From the NCBI GenBank assembly GCA_004764695.1, contig SMSO01000032.1, forward strand, positions 6,976,483-7,040,482: a stretch of 64,000 nucleotides of DNA, read 5' to 3'. Source of the stretch: Schizochytrium sp. TIO01 (Eukaryota > Protista > Bigyra: Labyrinthulomycetes). The translations under genes and the position numbers were made by a program. The notes under the pieces were generated by a model. The model made no database searches and was not told where the DNA came from. It saw only the letters and a program-made list of their open reading frames with translations. The stretch's first letter is position 1, and each line of letters begins with the position of its first letter. Of this stretch, positions 1 through 11,700 are shown in pieces.

Positions 1-705
1 AGAAATTAAAAATGGGAAGAGAACGAAGATCGCGATGTTCTCTGATTGGCGGCAGAAGACCTCGAGCTAGCAAGGAGAACTGGACGAGAGCAAGAGTAGT
101 GCCGGCAGGCCTAGTAGTCTTTGGGGCGACTCGACAGATGCGATCATCGAAGGCTCTGTAAGCAGCGAGGAACCTGAAGGAAGCCGCCTACCTCGAGCAC
201 AGCTTTCGAGGTACCCTCAATGCAAAGTTGGTTTAGCTCTTTTCTGCCATCCCGTTCCTGAGAACAGGAGTTCTTCCTTGCCTTGTAATTCGAGGAGTGA
301 GAAGAAAAGAAGAGAAGAGGAACTGGCAGCAAGGCTAGTGCTGCCTAAGCTTTACTGTAGCACTGGGAGGAAGTTGCAGGAAGAAGGAAAGAGAAAGGAA
401 AAGGAAGAGAAAGAGACAGCAGTGTGAGGGACAGACTCACTCACTCACTCAAAGAAAGTTAAAGCGTAACAAGACAAGAACTTCAGGCTTCTGGGCAGAT
501 TGAAGGCGCTGAGAACAGGGTAAAGAGAAGAGAGTCCGGCAGAAAGACACACAGCTATACCTCAGTCTGGTGTACTCGAGCTTCGCCTCGACACTTAAAC
601 CTCCTCTCACCCACCACCCTCAAGTGCTAACTCCATGAAGCCATGAGGGTTGGCGTGACTTTTATCTAGCTAGGCCTTTCTTTCAGCTTGAAACTTTATC
701 GCTTT

Positions 706-706
706 A

Positions 707-761
<55 letters not shown>
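706..761. repeat. (AAAT)n microsatellite, ~14 units
   Basis: Perfect ataa/taaa run read directly from the sequence. Confidence 0.95.
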
Positions 762-1133
762 CAAAAGTTGGTAGGAAATAAAAGAGAAGCTCACAAGCAA
801 GGAGTCTTAGTGGGCGGTTAGAAAAGGGTAGTGGAGGAGCCTAGCTCGAACTTTTGAGACTTGGAGAATTCGAACTTAGAACTTAGGTTTAAAACATTTT
901 CTTTATCGTGCTTGACTTTTAATTTTAAAAGGGAGGAGACAGCTAGCTAGAAATTGAAAGAACCGTGACTTGGAGAGCTTTGGAGACCAAGCAAACCCGA
1001 AACTCGAGCAATCTCGAATTGAAGATAACACGAAAACCCCAACAAGCTAGGCTGAGCAAGGACAAGCGAAGCGAAACAAAGCGGAAGTTTAAGCAAGCAG
1101 TGAGTGCAGTAGATTACAAACACACCAGCAAAG

Positions 1134-2234
1134 ATGTTGGCGGAACAAAGCTCGACGCAAGCCCAACACCACCCTAATGCTAGCGATTATGAATACTGGC
1201 AAAAGGAGCAGGCGGCCAGCAACAACACCAGCAAGCAGGATATTCTCCACGGCGAGGTGGCTGAACAGCCGCACGAAACCAAAAATGCTGACCTCACTGA
1301 TATGAGCGACAATTCCAGCGTGATGAGCGGTGACCGCCGCACGTCTCAGGCTGAGAGTGTAATTGAGGAGGACAAACACACATCTCATGCGGATAGCGTC
1401 TCTTCCACACCGTTTACCGCGGAGACTGAGAGCGAACATAAGCCGTCGACAGCAACTGCAGAACTCCCCCACGAGGACCTCATTCAGGATGACGTACCCG
1501 CCAAAACTGAAGAACAGCGCGAACTCGATGTATCCTCCAAGCAACTCAAGCATGTGGGGGGCCTTGACAAGCTCAAGACTTGGCGCCAGAGACACTTCTG
1601 TGAGACGTTTACTGAGCCCACCGAGGAGGACAAGACAGAGTGGGAGAAGTTCTTGCGCATGCATCATCGTGTGCAGTTTGCCATCAAGGACAGAAACGAG
1701 GCCTTGAAGAAGTGCGCCAAGCTCCAGGAGGTTGCCAAGAACTTTGATAGGCGCTTTCGCCAAATCCCTAGCTCCGTCGTTGACGCCAACAAGCGCATCG
1801 ACACTGCCATCAAGGAGGCCAGCAGTTATACTTCGCTGAAGCACATCAACAACCGCGCCAAGGAAATTCGAGAGCTTCGTAAGGATACTCTCTACCACCG
1901 TGACGCCAAGGACCGTGCACGCCGCAAGAGCAACACTGCCGCTGCCGGTGGCCGTGGCGAGCCAGACAAGCGCGAGCTTGAGATGCGTAAGGAGGGCGAC
2001 CAGTACGAACTCGGTCGTGAGAAGGTCCACTTCGCGCTCAAACATTTCAATGAAGATGCCTACAACATCATCACCTCAGGCGAGCTCATTAACCTTTTCG
2101 ACAGTGAGTACATGCTCCTCCGCGCGCTTCGCGACGAGCTTAACCAGCATGATGTCATGAAGGGAGATGTTAAGCTTTACAAAAAGCACTGGAAGACCTT
2201 CTCCAAACGCATGGGCACCGTCATGAAGGAGTAA
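1134..2234 (+). CDS. Hypothetical 366-aa protein: acidic Ser/Thr-rich disordered N-half and helical C-half, possibly BAR-domain-like
   Basis: ATG at 1134 and TAA at 2232-2234. Strong C/G-ending codon bias. The C-half helices (IRELRKDTLYHRDAKDRARRK ... KRELEMRKEGDQYELGREKVHFALKHFNED ... LINLFDSEYMLLRALRDELNQ) resemble BAR helices 2-3. The CDS is confident; the BAR call is tentative. Confidence 0.85.
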   Translation: MLAEQSSTQAQHHPNASDYEYWQKEQAASNNTSKQDILHGEVAEQPHETKNADLTDMSDNSSVMSGDRRTSQAESVIEEDKHTSHADSVSSTPFTAETESEHKPSTATAELPHEDLIQDDVPAKTEEQRELDVSSKQLKHVGGLDKLKTWRQRHFCETFTEPTEEDKTEWEKFLRMHHRVQFAIKDRNEALKKCAKLQEVAKNFDRRFRQIPSSVVDANKRIDTAIKEASSYTSLKHINNRAKEIRELRKDTLYHRDAKDRARRKSNTAAAGGRGEPDKRELEMRKEGDQYELGREKVHFALKHFNEDAYNIITSGELINLFDSEYMLLRALRDELNQHDVMKGDVKLYKKHWKTFSKRMGTVMKE

Positions 2235-2707
2235 ATGTCATTATTTTCGCCACACATATGTCTCTTGCGCACGTTACAGGTGTAAGTAAAAAACGCGTAA
2301 TTCTTTTCCATTAGGATTTGCACAGAAACCTTATCGAAAGAGCTATATAACCGCAAACATAAATACTGAGAGTAGGTTGTGCTCCATAATTGCCTCCGCT
2401 AAGGGAGGAGCTCAACTCCTTTTACTTTGGTTGTTTGCAGATTTCTATCTTTCTTTTTGTCGTACTAATAGTATAAATCATCAGACTTTCAAAACCATTT
2501 TCCCCTAATTCTTTTCTTCATTTAAGTTGTAGAAATCGAAGATCTAATTTGGTGCAACAGACAATTAGATTTCGCTTTGATGAAATGTGACTTGAACTGC
2601 CAAGCTCAAATCTTGTGCAAGTATTTTTATCATGAAAACCTCAAAACTCATATAGTAAATTTTAAAATGTTTAGTAGCAAATGTGTAAACATTGGTCTAT
2701 AGAAACC

Positions 2708-5700
2708 TTATACGCTTCCCTGGTTCCGTGATATAACGTATTCAATGGCTTTCTTCACAGCATCCTGAAGCTCTTGTGGTTGGATCTGAATAACGTCAAC
2801 CGTCTTGGCTTCGGCAATAGTTTCAATCCCAACGCGAAGTTTTTCCAGCAGCTGGTCAATATTGCACTCCCCTCCAAGATCTTCCAAATTGACTTCTGTG
2901 TTGCTCTTCAGCAAATTTATCAGGCACGTCAATGGGATTTGACAAGCAGATGGACGGAAAAGTCCAGTTGCATATGGCAGCCTCATTCGACGGAAATCCT
3001 CCCCTGCTTCAGGGGGATAGAAAAGCAGTTTGCTATCCATGTTCAATAAAGCGTCTAGGTCCGAGGCATGTGCCATACCTTTCGCTAGCGCCCATAGTTT
3101 ATGCATTACGAAGCTCCAACCACGCTGCGGATCAGTCTCATATTGAGACACCACTGCAGCAACCTCAGCGAACATGTCCACAGAGGAAACCTCCTTGTCT
3201 AAGAGGGGCGCAAAAACCCCGCGCCACAAGGCAGGAACTCGTTCTGGGCGGTCTAATTTAATAAAACGTAGGGACAGACCATATAAGATCGTACGGATAG
3301 TGCCCTCACGCTTTGCCACGTCGTTTGCACAAGTGGCTCTTAGGCTTCCAGCGTGTTCAGCAGCCCATTCAAGAGCTCTAGCTAGATCATCTTGATGGAC
3401 AAGATTCTTCACCAAATGTGTAATATGAATTGGCTTTTTCTCGCATGTAAGCACTGCCCACACAGCTGAGTAATATGGATTTTCGTGTCTCTCGTTGCCA
3501 TTCTCGACTTCAGGTGCAAAGGCATTACTGCGAATAACATACTTTGCCAATTTCAAGACATCATCTGATAGAGCACTTTGAAGTAACGCAACCAAGTTCT
3601 CTTTACGAAGAGCTCGTAATACCACGGCAGGAGATCGGCAAGCTGACAACAGAAGCACAAACTCGTTCAATGCTACAACCTCGTTGCGTATCCACTCTTT
3701 CTCATAAACATCTTGAAAATTGATGGAATGTCCTCGACGAACAGCATCTGTCATGTCCTCTAGGGATTCGTAACTACCGCCCCAGCTAAATGTTCTACAG
3801 ATCCTCTCACTTGGGGTTATCTGATCGCTAAGCTGGTGCGGAAAGCCTACCTGGTCAATGAACATTGTCCTCAGCACAGTTTCGGGTGACAAAAGATTTG
3901 GGGGAAGCAACGCATCTTTGAATTCTTCATACTTGCTCGCTTCGGTGCACATCATACAACACCACGCGGCAATTTTGATATTAGGTGAGATGTTGTTGGC
4001 CCCCTGTAAATCGCGCTCAACGAAGTCGGGAAAATCACGCCCAAAATCTTGCTTAAACGATAATAACGCAAACTGCACCATAGCAGCCACTGGGGTGTTT
4101 TGGAGGTTCTTTTTTGATGTAAGAGATGAAGAAACCTCAACAATTGCTGTAGCTGGAATGTCCTCTGTGTATTGGCGAGAAGAATTTTTCAGTTCTCGCA
4201 TTATATGCAGATACGCCTCAACAAAATGGCGTGATGTGAGAATGGAAAGACGTGGCATTTTCTTGCACAAAAGCTCAACGAGGTCTTCTGCAGGTGATAT
4301 TGAAGAGTAAGCTTCATCTAGAGTGCTGATCATTCTCAGAGAAATTGACTCACCTCCAAATAAAGTTTGGCATAAATGAAACCATACCTGAATTGCCAAG
4401 CTCGATTTAACGTTCTGTCGCTTCTTGATGACCTCGTTCAACAACTCGCGAGGGAGTCGTGCATTTACTGAATTGCCATTAACACTTTCAAGTAAGGTTA
4501 GATCGGATGCGTCTATTCTGTTGGCAATTAAAAGTGCATATATTCGATCTCGGTTTGTTGCCAGCCAGCTAAAAAGCTCTTTCTTGTGTGCGTTAGAAAG
4601 CATATGATATTCATCAATAACCAAGAACATTTCGCCACCTTCATCAGGTACTTTGCGCATTAAAACAGTGGCAAGAGCAGTATCGACAAGCTCATCGTCA
4701 GACCCATCCACATAGGCAAAGCCGATGTGCTCTTTTGCAAACGTCTTGCCAAGATTTTCTGAGAAGTGAGACTTTCCTGCACCAGGAGGCGAAACTAGTA
4801 GCACAATTGCGGGCTTCTTGGAAGGAGAAAGTATATTATCAATCTGCTCACGATAATCATTCGCCTGAATAGCTTCTTTCGCTAGAAGCCAGCAGGTGTT
4901 GCCAACATCCTGAGCATTCGGTGTCCTTTGCGGAGAAGCGCTTGCGTTATTTTCCTCTTCAAGTGACGCTAGAAATTTTAGATCATGATCTTCATCAACA
5001 GTAACCTCGGCAACCCCCCCTACCTCGCTTTGACGTGCTGGCATAAGAATATTATGCAAATTTATGTCCAGAGAATTCCAAGACATGGAACTCTGTAACC
5101 TAAAAAATAGATTGCTGAAAGCTTCGTCCATCTCGAAAACATGTATGGGACGATTTGCTCGTAAGTCAGGCCGAACCAAATCATGTGAAGATACGAGCAT
5201 TCTTGAAAGGGCTGGAGGTGCTCGCTTTAGAACACACCGGTCTCTGTTCTCCCCAAAATTCCAGGAAGTATCACAATCTTCGATGTAAACAAAGCGCCAA
5301 GGATGATGTTTTGTATACTCAGCAATCCATTTGAGAAGTTGATCGTTGATTGTGGGTAGGCCACGTACCCAAACAAGCCATGTGAATTCGGAAAAACACC
5401 CAATTATCCGCAGGTACATCGATGCGTCATCGCGTGCATTTATCAGACTATCATGACCAAGATCACAGTCAACATAGGTGATGCCATATCGGTCTAGCTC
5501 TTGGCGCTCTTGGCGGCGAACAATATGGACACCATACAGATCATTTTTTCGTTCAATAAACTTGTGTGCGTAAATCGGTAGCGTATATACCTTAACTAGC
5601 TGCCGGCGTACTGGTTCCTCAGAAGGCATAGATGCTGCCACACAATTTGCAATGATCAAGAGGTTTATGTCTTCTGCTTCTAAATCTCCGTCGCCCGATC

Positions 5701-8700
5701 GATCGTGGTTAATCTCGCGTCGTGTTAGATGTGGCGCAATAAAAGAGGCGGAGGAATTTCGGAGGGTGTTCATCATAAACTGCTTGACAGTCGCAGGTAA
5801 TGGACTTCGAGCTACCTTAGCCAGCCACCCAAGAAGCCCATCACGATGCTCAACCTCAACCTCAATGCGCTTGCTTTCTCGATCTGTATTCCCTTGATCT
5901 TGGGTTTGCTTTGATGAGTTGGGTTTTTGAAGCTCACGATCTCTTAACTTGTCCATAGACTTCTCTAACAAGCGCGAGTGGAAAACATAGGCAATAGGCA
6001 GACCATGGGCATCAGAGTAGTGAATTTTTAGCTGTCTCGTGTCCAAAGGTACAAAGTAAAGATCGAATCCCGGGTCGTCCCCATGCAGAGACCAGACCAC
6101 CGTAGTAGAAGACCGAAGTTTTCCATTCCCAGTACTCGTGTAGTCAAGGAGTGAACCCTTTTGCGATTTGTTCTCAATAATTGAAGGAGAGCGTGAAGTT
6201 TTTTTCCGGCGCACAGTAGGCCCAAGAATAAAACTATCGTCAACAGGTTTCCTTATGTCTATAGACGTTTCCGTCGAGGCATTCATAAATTCTCGGTTCC
6301 GCCTACGTGGAACAGAGGGTTCCCCTTCATCATCACTATCTTCAAAGTCTTCCACGAAGATGCGTTTTCCACGACTTGCACTTTCTTCTTTTAATTCCTT
6401 GATGATTTTAAGTCCAGCTGAGCGAAACTTCTGCTGTGTAATGTGTGCATGTGGAGCGACAAGACGATTTGCAAAATCGCCCTTCCCGCTGTTATGGTAC
6501 TCCGCTTTCTGAGTATGATTTTCGATCACTAGCTCCAAAATGAAAAACAGCTGCGAACGCAACTCTGGAGACGTAGTAGATTTTATCACATCAAATGCAA
6601 ATTGGAACTCTCGTACTCGTTGTTCGTCATCAAGAACAATTTGCAAGGGTTTCTGGTTTCCTCCTGAGCACATGTCTCTTAGTGTTGCACGAGTTTGACG
6701 TACAATGAAGAGCTCCTCTACCAAATACTGATTATAAAAATTTCTATTGGACTCTGCGTCTTCGCTTAAAACAGAATTGTCAGGTGCCGTTTCTTCACAA
6801 CCCTCTTCAGCCTTTTCTGTTGAAACAGTGTCGCTATCAGCATCAATGTTATGCATCGCGTTATGCTTTTCTTGATCGATTACTTTTATAATTTCTAACA
6901 TGTCGTTCGTTTCAGAAACTTTGTTACGTACTTTGTTGTAGGCACTTTGCACTAAACACTCAAGCACAAGAATGACTTCTGAGCGTAAGTGCAGAGCAGC
7001 AAGTTTGTGAGTGTCAACGATGTTATACAAGTACAAATCCGGATTTTCTTCTTGGTCTATATCTGTCGTTGCCATTAACAGAGCGAATGTACCCTGCATA
7101 GTTTTACGAAGGTAAAACCCTTTACCAAGAATTGCTGTATCATTTGGTAGAGATTGAAAATAATCCCAAGTTTCTCCATTATTTGAAAACACATGAGCAA
7201 TTGATGTCTCTCCGTTGAGGTCATTATCCAAACTAAAGGGACGATGGCGCATAAATTGGTCAGGGTCACTGTCGCCATCATGGGAGCGCTGAAGGACAGG
7301 GTGCAAACCTGGAGCAACCTCTAACGTTCCGTAGGAAGGGCTGGACTTGATTCGTAGTAATGTTCGTGCAGAAACTAGACTGTGTTGAGACAAATTCATC
7401 TTCGAATGATCTTGAGTTTCAGACCAAGTCAATGCAGGTCTGATATCGACCTCTGCCCTAGAGTCTTGCTGCTCTGTGTTTGAAGCAATGAGTACTTTTG
7501 CTCCGCTCACCATAGACGTAATCGAAAGTTTTAAATCCACCTGCTCTTTGTCGCTTTTAAAAGCAGCAGTAGAAGGTGTTTCTCTAGTCGGCTCGCTAGG
7601 AAGACTTCGTACCGAGATAATCGAGCAAACTAAGCACTGTACGTAGAAACGAGCTGCATCAAACTCACTTCTGGACTCTTGCCTTCTAGATAAGGCTGAA
7701 GCTTCAGTCATTTCATTGAAGATCTCATTGGTAAAATCTTTAATACTCCTGCCAACCTCCTCCTCAATAGTTTTGCTTCGAGTCACACTTGGACAGTTCG
7801 CCTCCCCACAACATATTTCGTAAAGTTCTCTTGCATTGGTTGCAAGTTCATCATTTCCCTCAAAAACATTTTGTGACATGTAGCTAATCTCAGCTTGTGC
7901 CTCATTTGACATAAATTTCTGGAAATCCTTCCGGTGGGCTTTAAAGGCTTTAGCTAACTCGAGAATTGGGATTCCCTTAGTAAGTGGAGTTAGACCTATG
8001 ATGACAAAAAGACGATCGAATATTGTTGCTACAATGGGTGCGTTAGATGTTTCCATATTCTGAACAAAAGAAGAAAGTGCTGCTTTAAGCAATGATCTCT
8101 TCTCTGTAAGCCCAATAAGAAAGTTGCCGACCATCTGAAGTTTGTTCCAGTGCGTTGGGATAGTTAGAAACTCTGGTCTTGAAACATGCTGACCAATCAA
8201 TTTAAAAACTTCCGTCAAAACTTCTTCTTTTTGTAGTTCTTCTTTGGCATTGTAAGCCAACTCAGAAAGTTCTTTCGCCTTAGCTTCGTTTTCAGAAGGT
8301 GTCATGATAAACTCTTCAGTTAGCAAGAGAATCTGCTGTGCGGTTGCAGGCAGATTCTTCGCATCGAAAAGAGATTTCTCAGCCCCTGGTAATGAATTGT
8401 CCACAAATCGCGTATCAATTGAGACTGGAAGTGGGCAATACACACAATTTCCCGCAATACGTTCTATATGTTCTTTACAAGTGCCTATAACTTTGCGAAA
8501 TGACTTCTGAGCAGATGAGTTTGCTGAAATGACTCCAATGATATCTGCAGCAGTCAATCCAGCCTGCATGAACCACATTAACAGAGTAGCCCCAGTGTGG
8601 AGCACACAGTCGTCACTGTCCTGATATAGTTCTTTCATTGCCTTAGAAAGGTTGGTAAAAAGTCGAAGGTTGTGTTTTAGCGTATGCACAGAAAACCCTT

Positions 8701-11700
8701 CTTGAACTCGTGGAAATGAACTGGTCGAGTCCCAAGGTCTAGGAGCATCCAGCCATGGCGTTATATCACCCTCAAGCTTCTTCAAAACATATTCAATACA
8801 TTTGCGTGGAAGCTCACGGCCAGGTTCTATTCTCAGAGCATATTCACTATATGTGGAATTGTCTTTCTGAGCAAGAATTAAGAGTTTCTCTTTCACAATT
8901 GGTTCGAGGTTTCCGATAAACCGAGATTGCAAGGCATTTAGAGTAGCACCTGGTAGGGTGTGCGGCATCGTGGCCAGAACGGCCAACATTGATAATGGGA
9001 TTTCCGTCTTAATGTTATCGTTTTTGCATGCAGGAGGAAGATCAGAACACACCGTTCTACTGAACAGATCCCAGTTCATTTCTGTGCTATGATTCGGAAG
9101 CAGCAACAAAGGTAGATTATATGTGGGATTTACAGCCCACGCAAACCATGCTAATTCGCATAGGCTCTTTGAAGGAGCGAGTTGCTTAGTTTCAGCAACA
9201 TAGCTCAATATAGCATTCAAGAGAGTCTCTCTAGCGCCATGTGAACTAAAGAAAGCCTTGTTCTCATAGTTTAGGCTTAATTCTTCCTCAACAAACGTTT
9301 TAATGAATATACGCATCAGAATCTTTGAAGATGTGAGAGGAAATTTATTTTGGCTAGTTCCCAGGTCTTCAGTCTTTAGTCTCTGCCTTAACACTGAATA
9401 TACAGCAAACTGGAACGGACCCGACCCAGCTTCGTTCAGCGCATCTTCAAGCGCACCGCGAATATCCGAACTAGCACATGTAACACAAACCCTCAAAGCA
9501 GCGTCTAATCTTGTGACGTCAATACCATCTTCAGTTTCAGCTATTGAAGACAGAAGTTCTAGTAAGAATTTTCCAGGATCATCGTTGTGCTGTGCAGCTT
9601 TAAGAATATATTTGGTGATAAAGGCTGCAAAGCAACTCTCATTTTCCTCTACATATTTTGGAGAGCCAACTGCGATAAACTCTGCCAAGGCTGCAGGTGA
9701 AAAGCGAAGATACCACATATCTTGCTGTGTATCTTGCTTCGCAAACTCTTCAGAACTAGTAATGAGGTCTGAGCTGCCCATAGCCCAATCTCGAAGTGGT
9801 CGAACACAATTTCGAATTACTCCCGCTGTCTCAAGAACGCGATCACGCCAGGACGAGTGTAAGCACAACATGGCAAATGCTGCACCAAATTTAATTTGCT
9901 GAGAGCCCAGAGAATCATTCACAAGTTTCTGTTCGTTTGTGTTGCTTGTAAATATTAGTTCGGCAACATGCGGTTGAGCAATAAGAGCATGAGGTGGAAA
10001 ATCTAAAGACACTAAAGTCTTGATCAGCTTAGTCTTGATCAGCTTCGTCTTGAGGTTATCGCTCTCATTGCCAGATTTGAAGTAAAAATATAGATCAGAT
10101 TTAAGAAAGTCGTTCACAAGCCGAGCGAAATCTTGTTCTTGAGCGTCTATTCCGAATGCAACCTGATGTTTTAGAAGCGACCAAGCAAGCACAGCTCGGC
10201 GATGCAACAACTCCTCGTTGTTCTCCACTGCACTCCCTAGCGAATCTCGAACACAGTCAAGATCAAATGTTAGACGTTCAACCGTCTGAACGTTTAATGG
10301 TAAAGAAGACATTCGTGTCTTACTTAAAGATAAGGCTAACAGTAAGCGCAGTGGCGACTCTTCTAAAAGATGTTGCAGGACCGGAATTGAAACCTCAGGA
10401 GTTCGTGCCCAGGCGCTGTAAACATGATTCCAATCAAGATCCTCACCCCGCAACGCGTTTTGCTCAATGATGTCGCTCAAAGGTGTCATACTGTCTCCAC
10501 GCCCTGGGTCTACAACACGAACTTGACGCCCATCATCTTTGGTTCCAAATTTGCTGCATAATATCTCTCCAGGATTATCAGCGCGTCCAATGTTGAAGGC
10601 ATCTTCGACGCCGCCAAGACATTGCATCTCCGTTTCATGCTTTAGCAAAGTTAAAAATACCTCAAGGCGGGTTTCTTGGGAGGCAAGCATCATGACTGGA
10701 TCTTTGGTGACATCAGAAAAGTGAACAAAGGCTTTCTCTTCTACTGATACACTTACTGGTGACAAGCTATTCTCATCGGAATTCATCAAACTATCCGCCC
10801 CCACCTTAGGCTCTCCAATAAAGATCTCCAGGTATTCGCGAAGAGCCAGTGCTACAAGATCAGAGACAAGAACCGGTTGTTCCTTAGCAAGATCATCATC
10901 AGTGCTCAGCTTTTTTTTGTAAAGAAAGGTCATGAGGTTGTGCAGGATACGCGGGTTGGACGAGGTCCGAACAGCGATCTCAGATAGACATGCTGGTATT
11001 GTGACGGAGCTCTTGCAAAATTCACGGATATCAGCGATGTCCTTTTCTGAGACATAGAAGCCTGGCCCCAGAAGAATACGAAGCCCGAGAATTACGCGCT
11101 GAAGCTCTCTCTCGATAGCCACATCTTTTGGCCAAACTCTGTCCATTCGAACATGCAAAACTCTCAAACTCTCATAAGTTGTCCCCCCTGTAGGCATTGT
11201 AATCTTAATCGAAGTCAAGTCTCGGGAGGCACAGCTGGTGATCAAGAGGAGTGGAATCTTACGAGCAGCACAATGTGTAGCAATCACTTGTAATCTGTCC
11301 CGTGCCAAAAGTTGTGCATGAGAAAGCGCAACAATATCTTCATTTGCGAGTTCGTATTCGTCTTGAACGCTCAGGATCCCTCGAAGCTTTTCTATACAGT
11401 GCGGATCCCGCGCATTGACTAAGTTTATCTGTTTATCGAGGACATCACATAGATTTTCGGCAATGAATTCTGGGTCGTCGGATACTAGCACATGCGTATA
11501 TTGATGCACTGCAGGTTGATCAATTTCTCGCAATCCCCGAAACCACGACTTCAATTCGTCTTTCCACTTTAAAGCACTCTCGGTTCGAGTATGAATTCTT
11601 TTCAATGTTTCGCCCAAAAATCGATTGCTGTTGCGAAGCTGAGTTGAGACAGCTGGTAAAATGCAACCAAATGGGGTTAGCCTATCAATTATGATTACTG

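Noticed and set aside
1089-2045. 318-aa minus-strand ORF
   Set aside because: Antisense shadow of the codon-biased 1134-2234 gene. Leu/Val-rich composition is typical of such shadows and there are no motifs.
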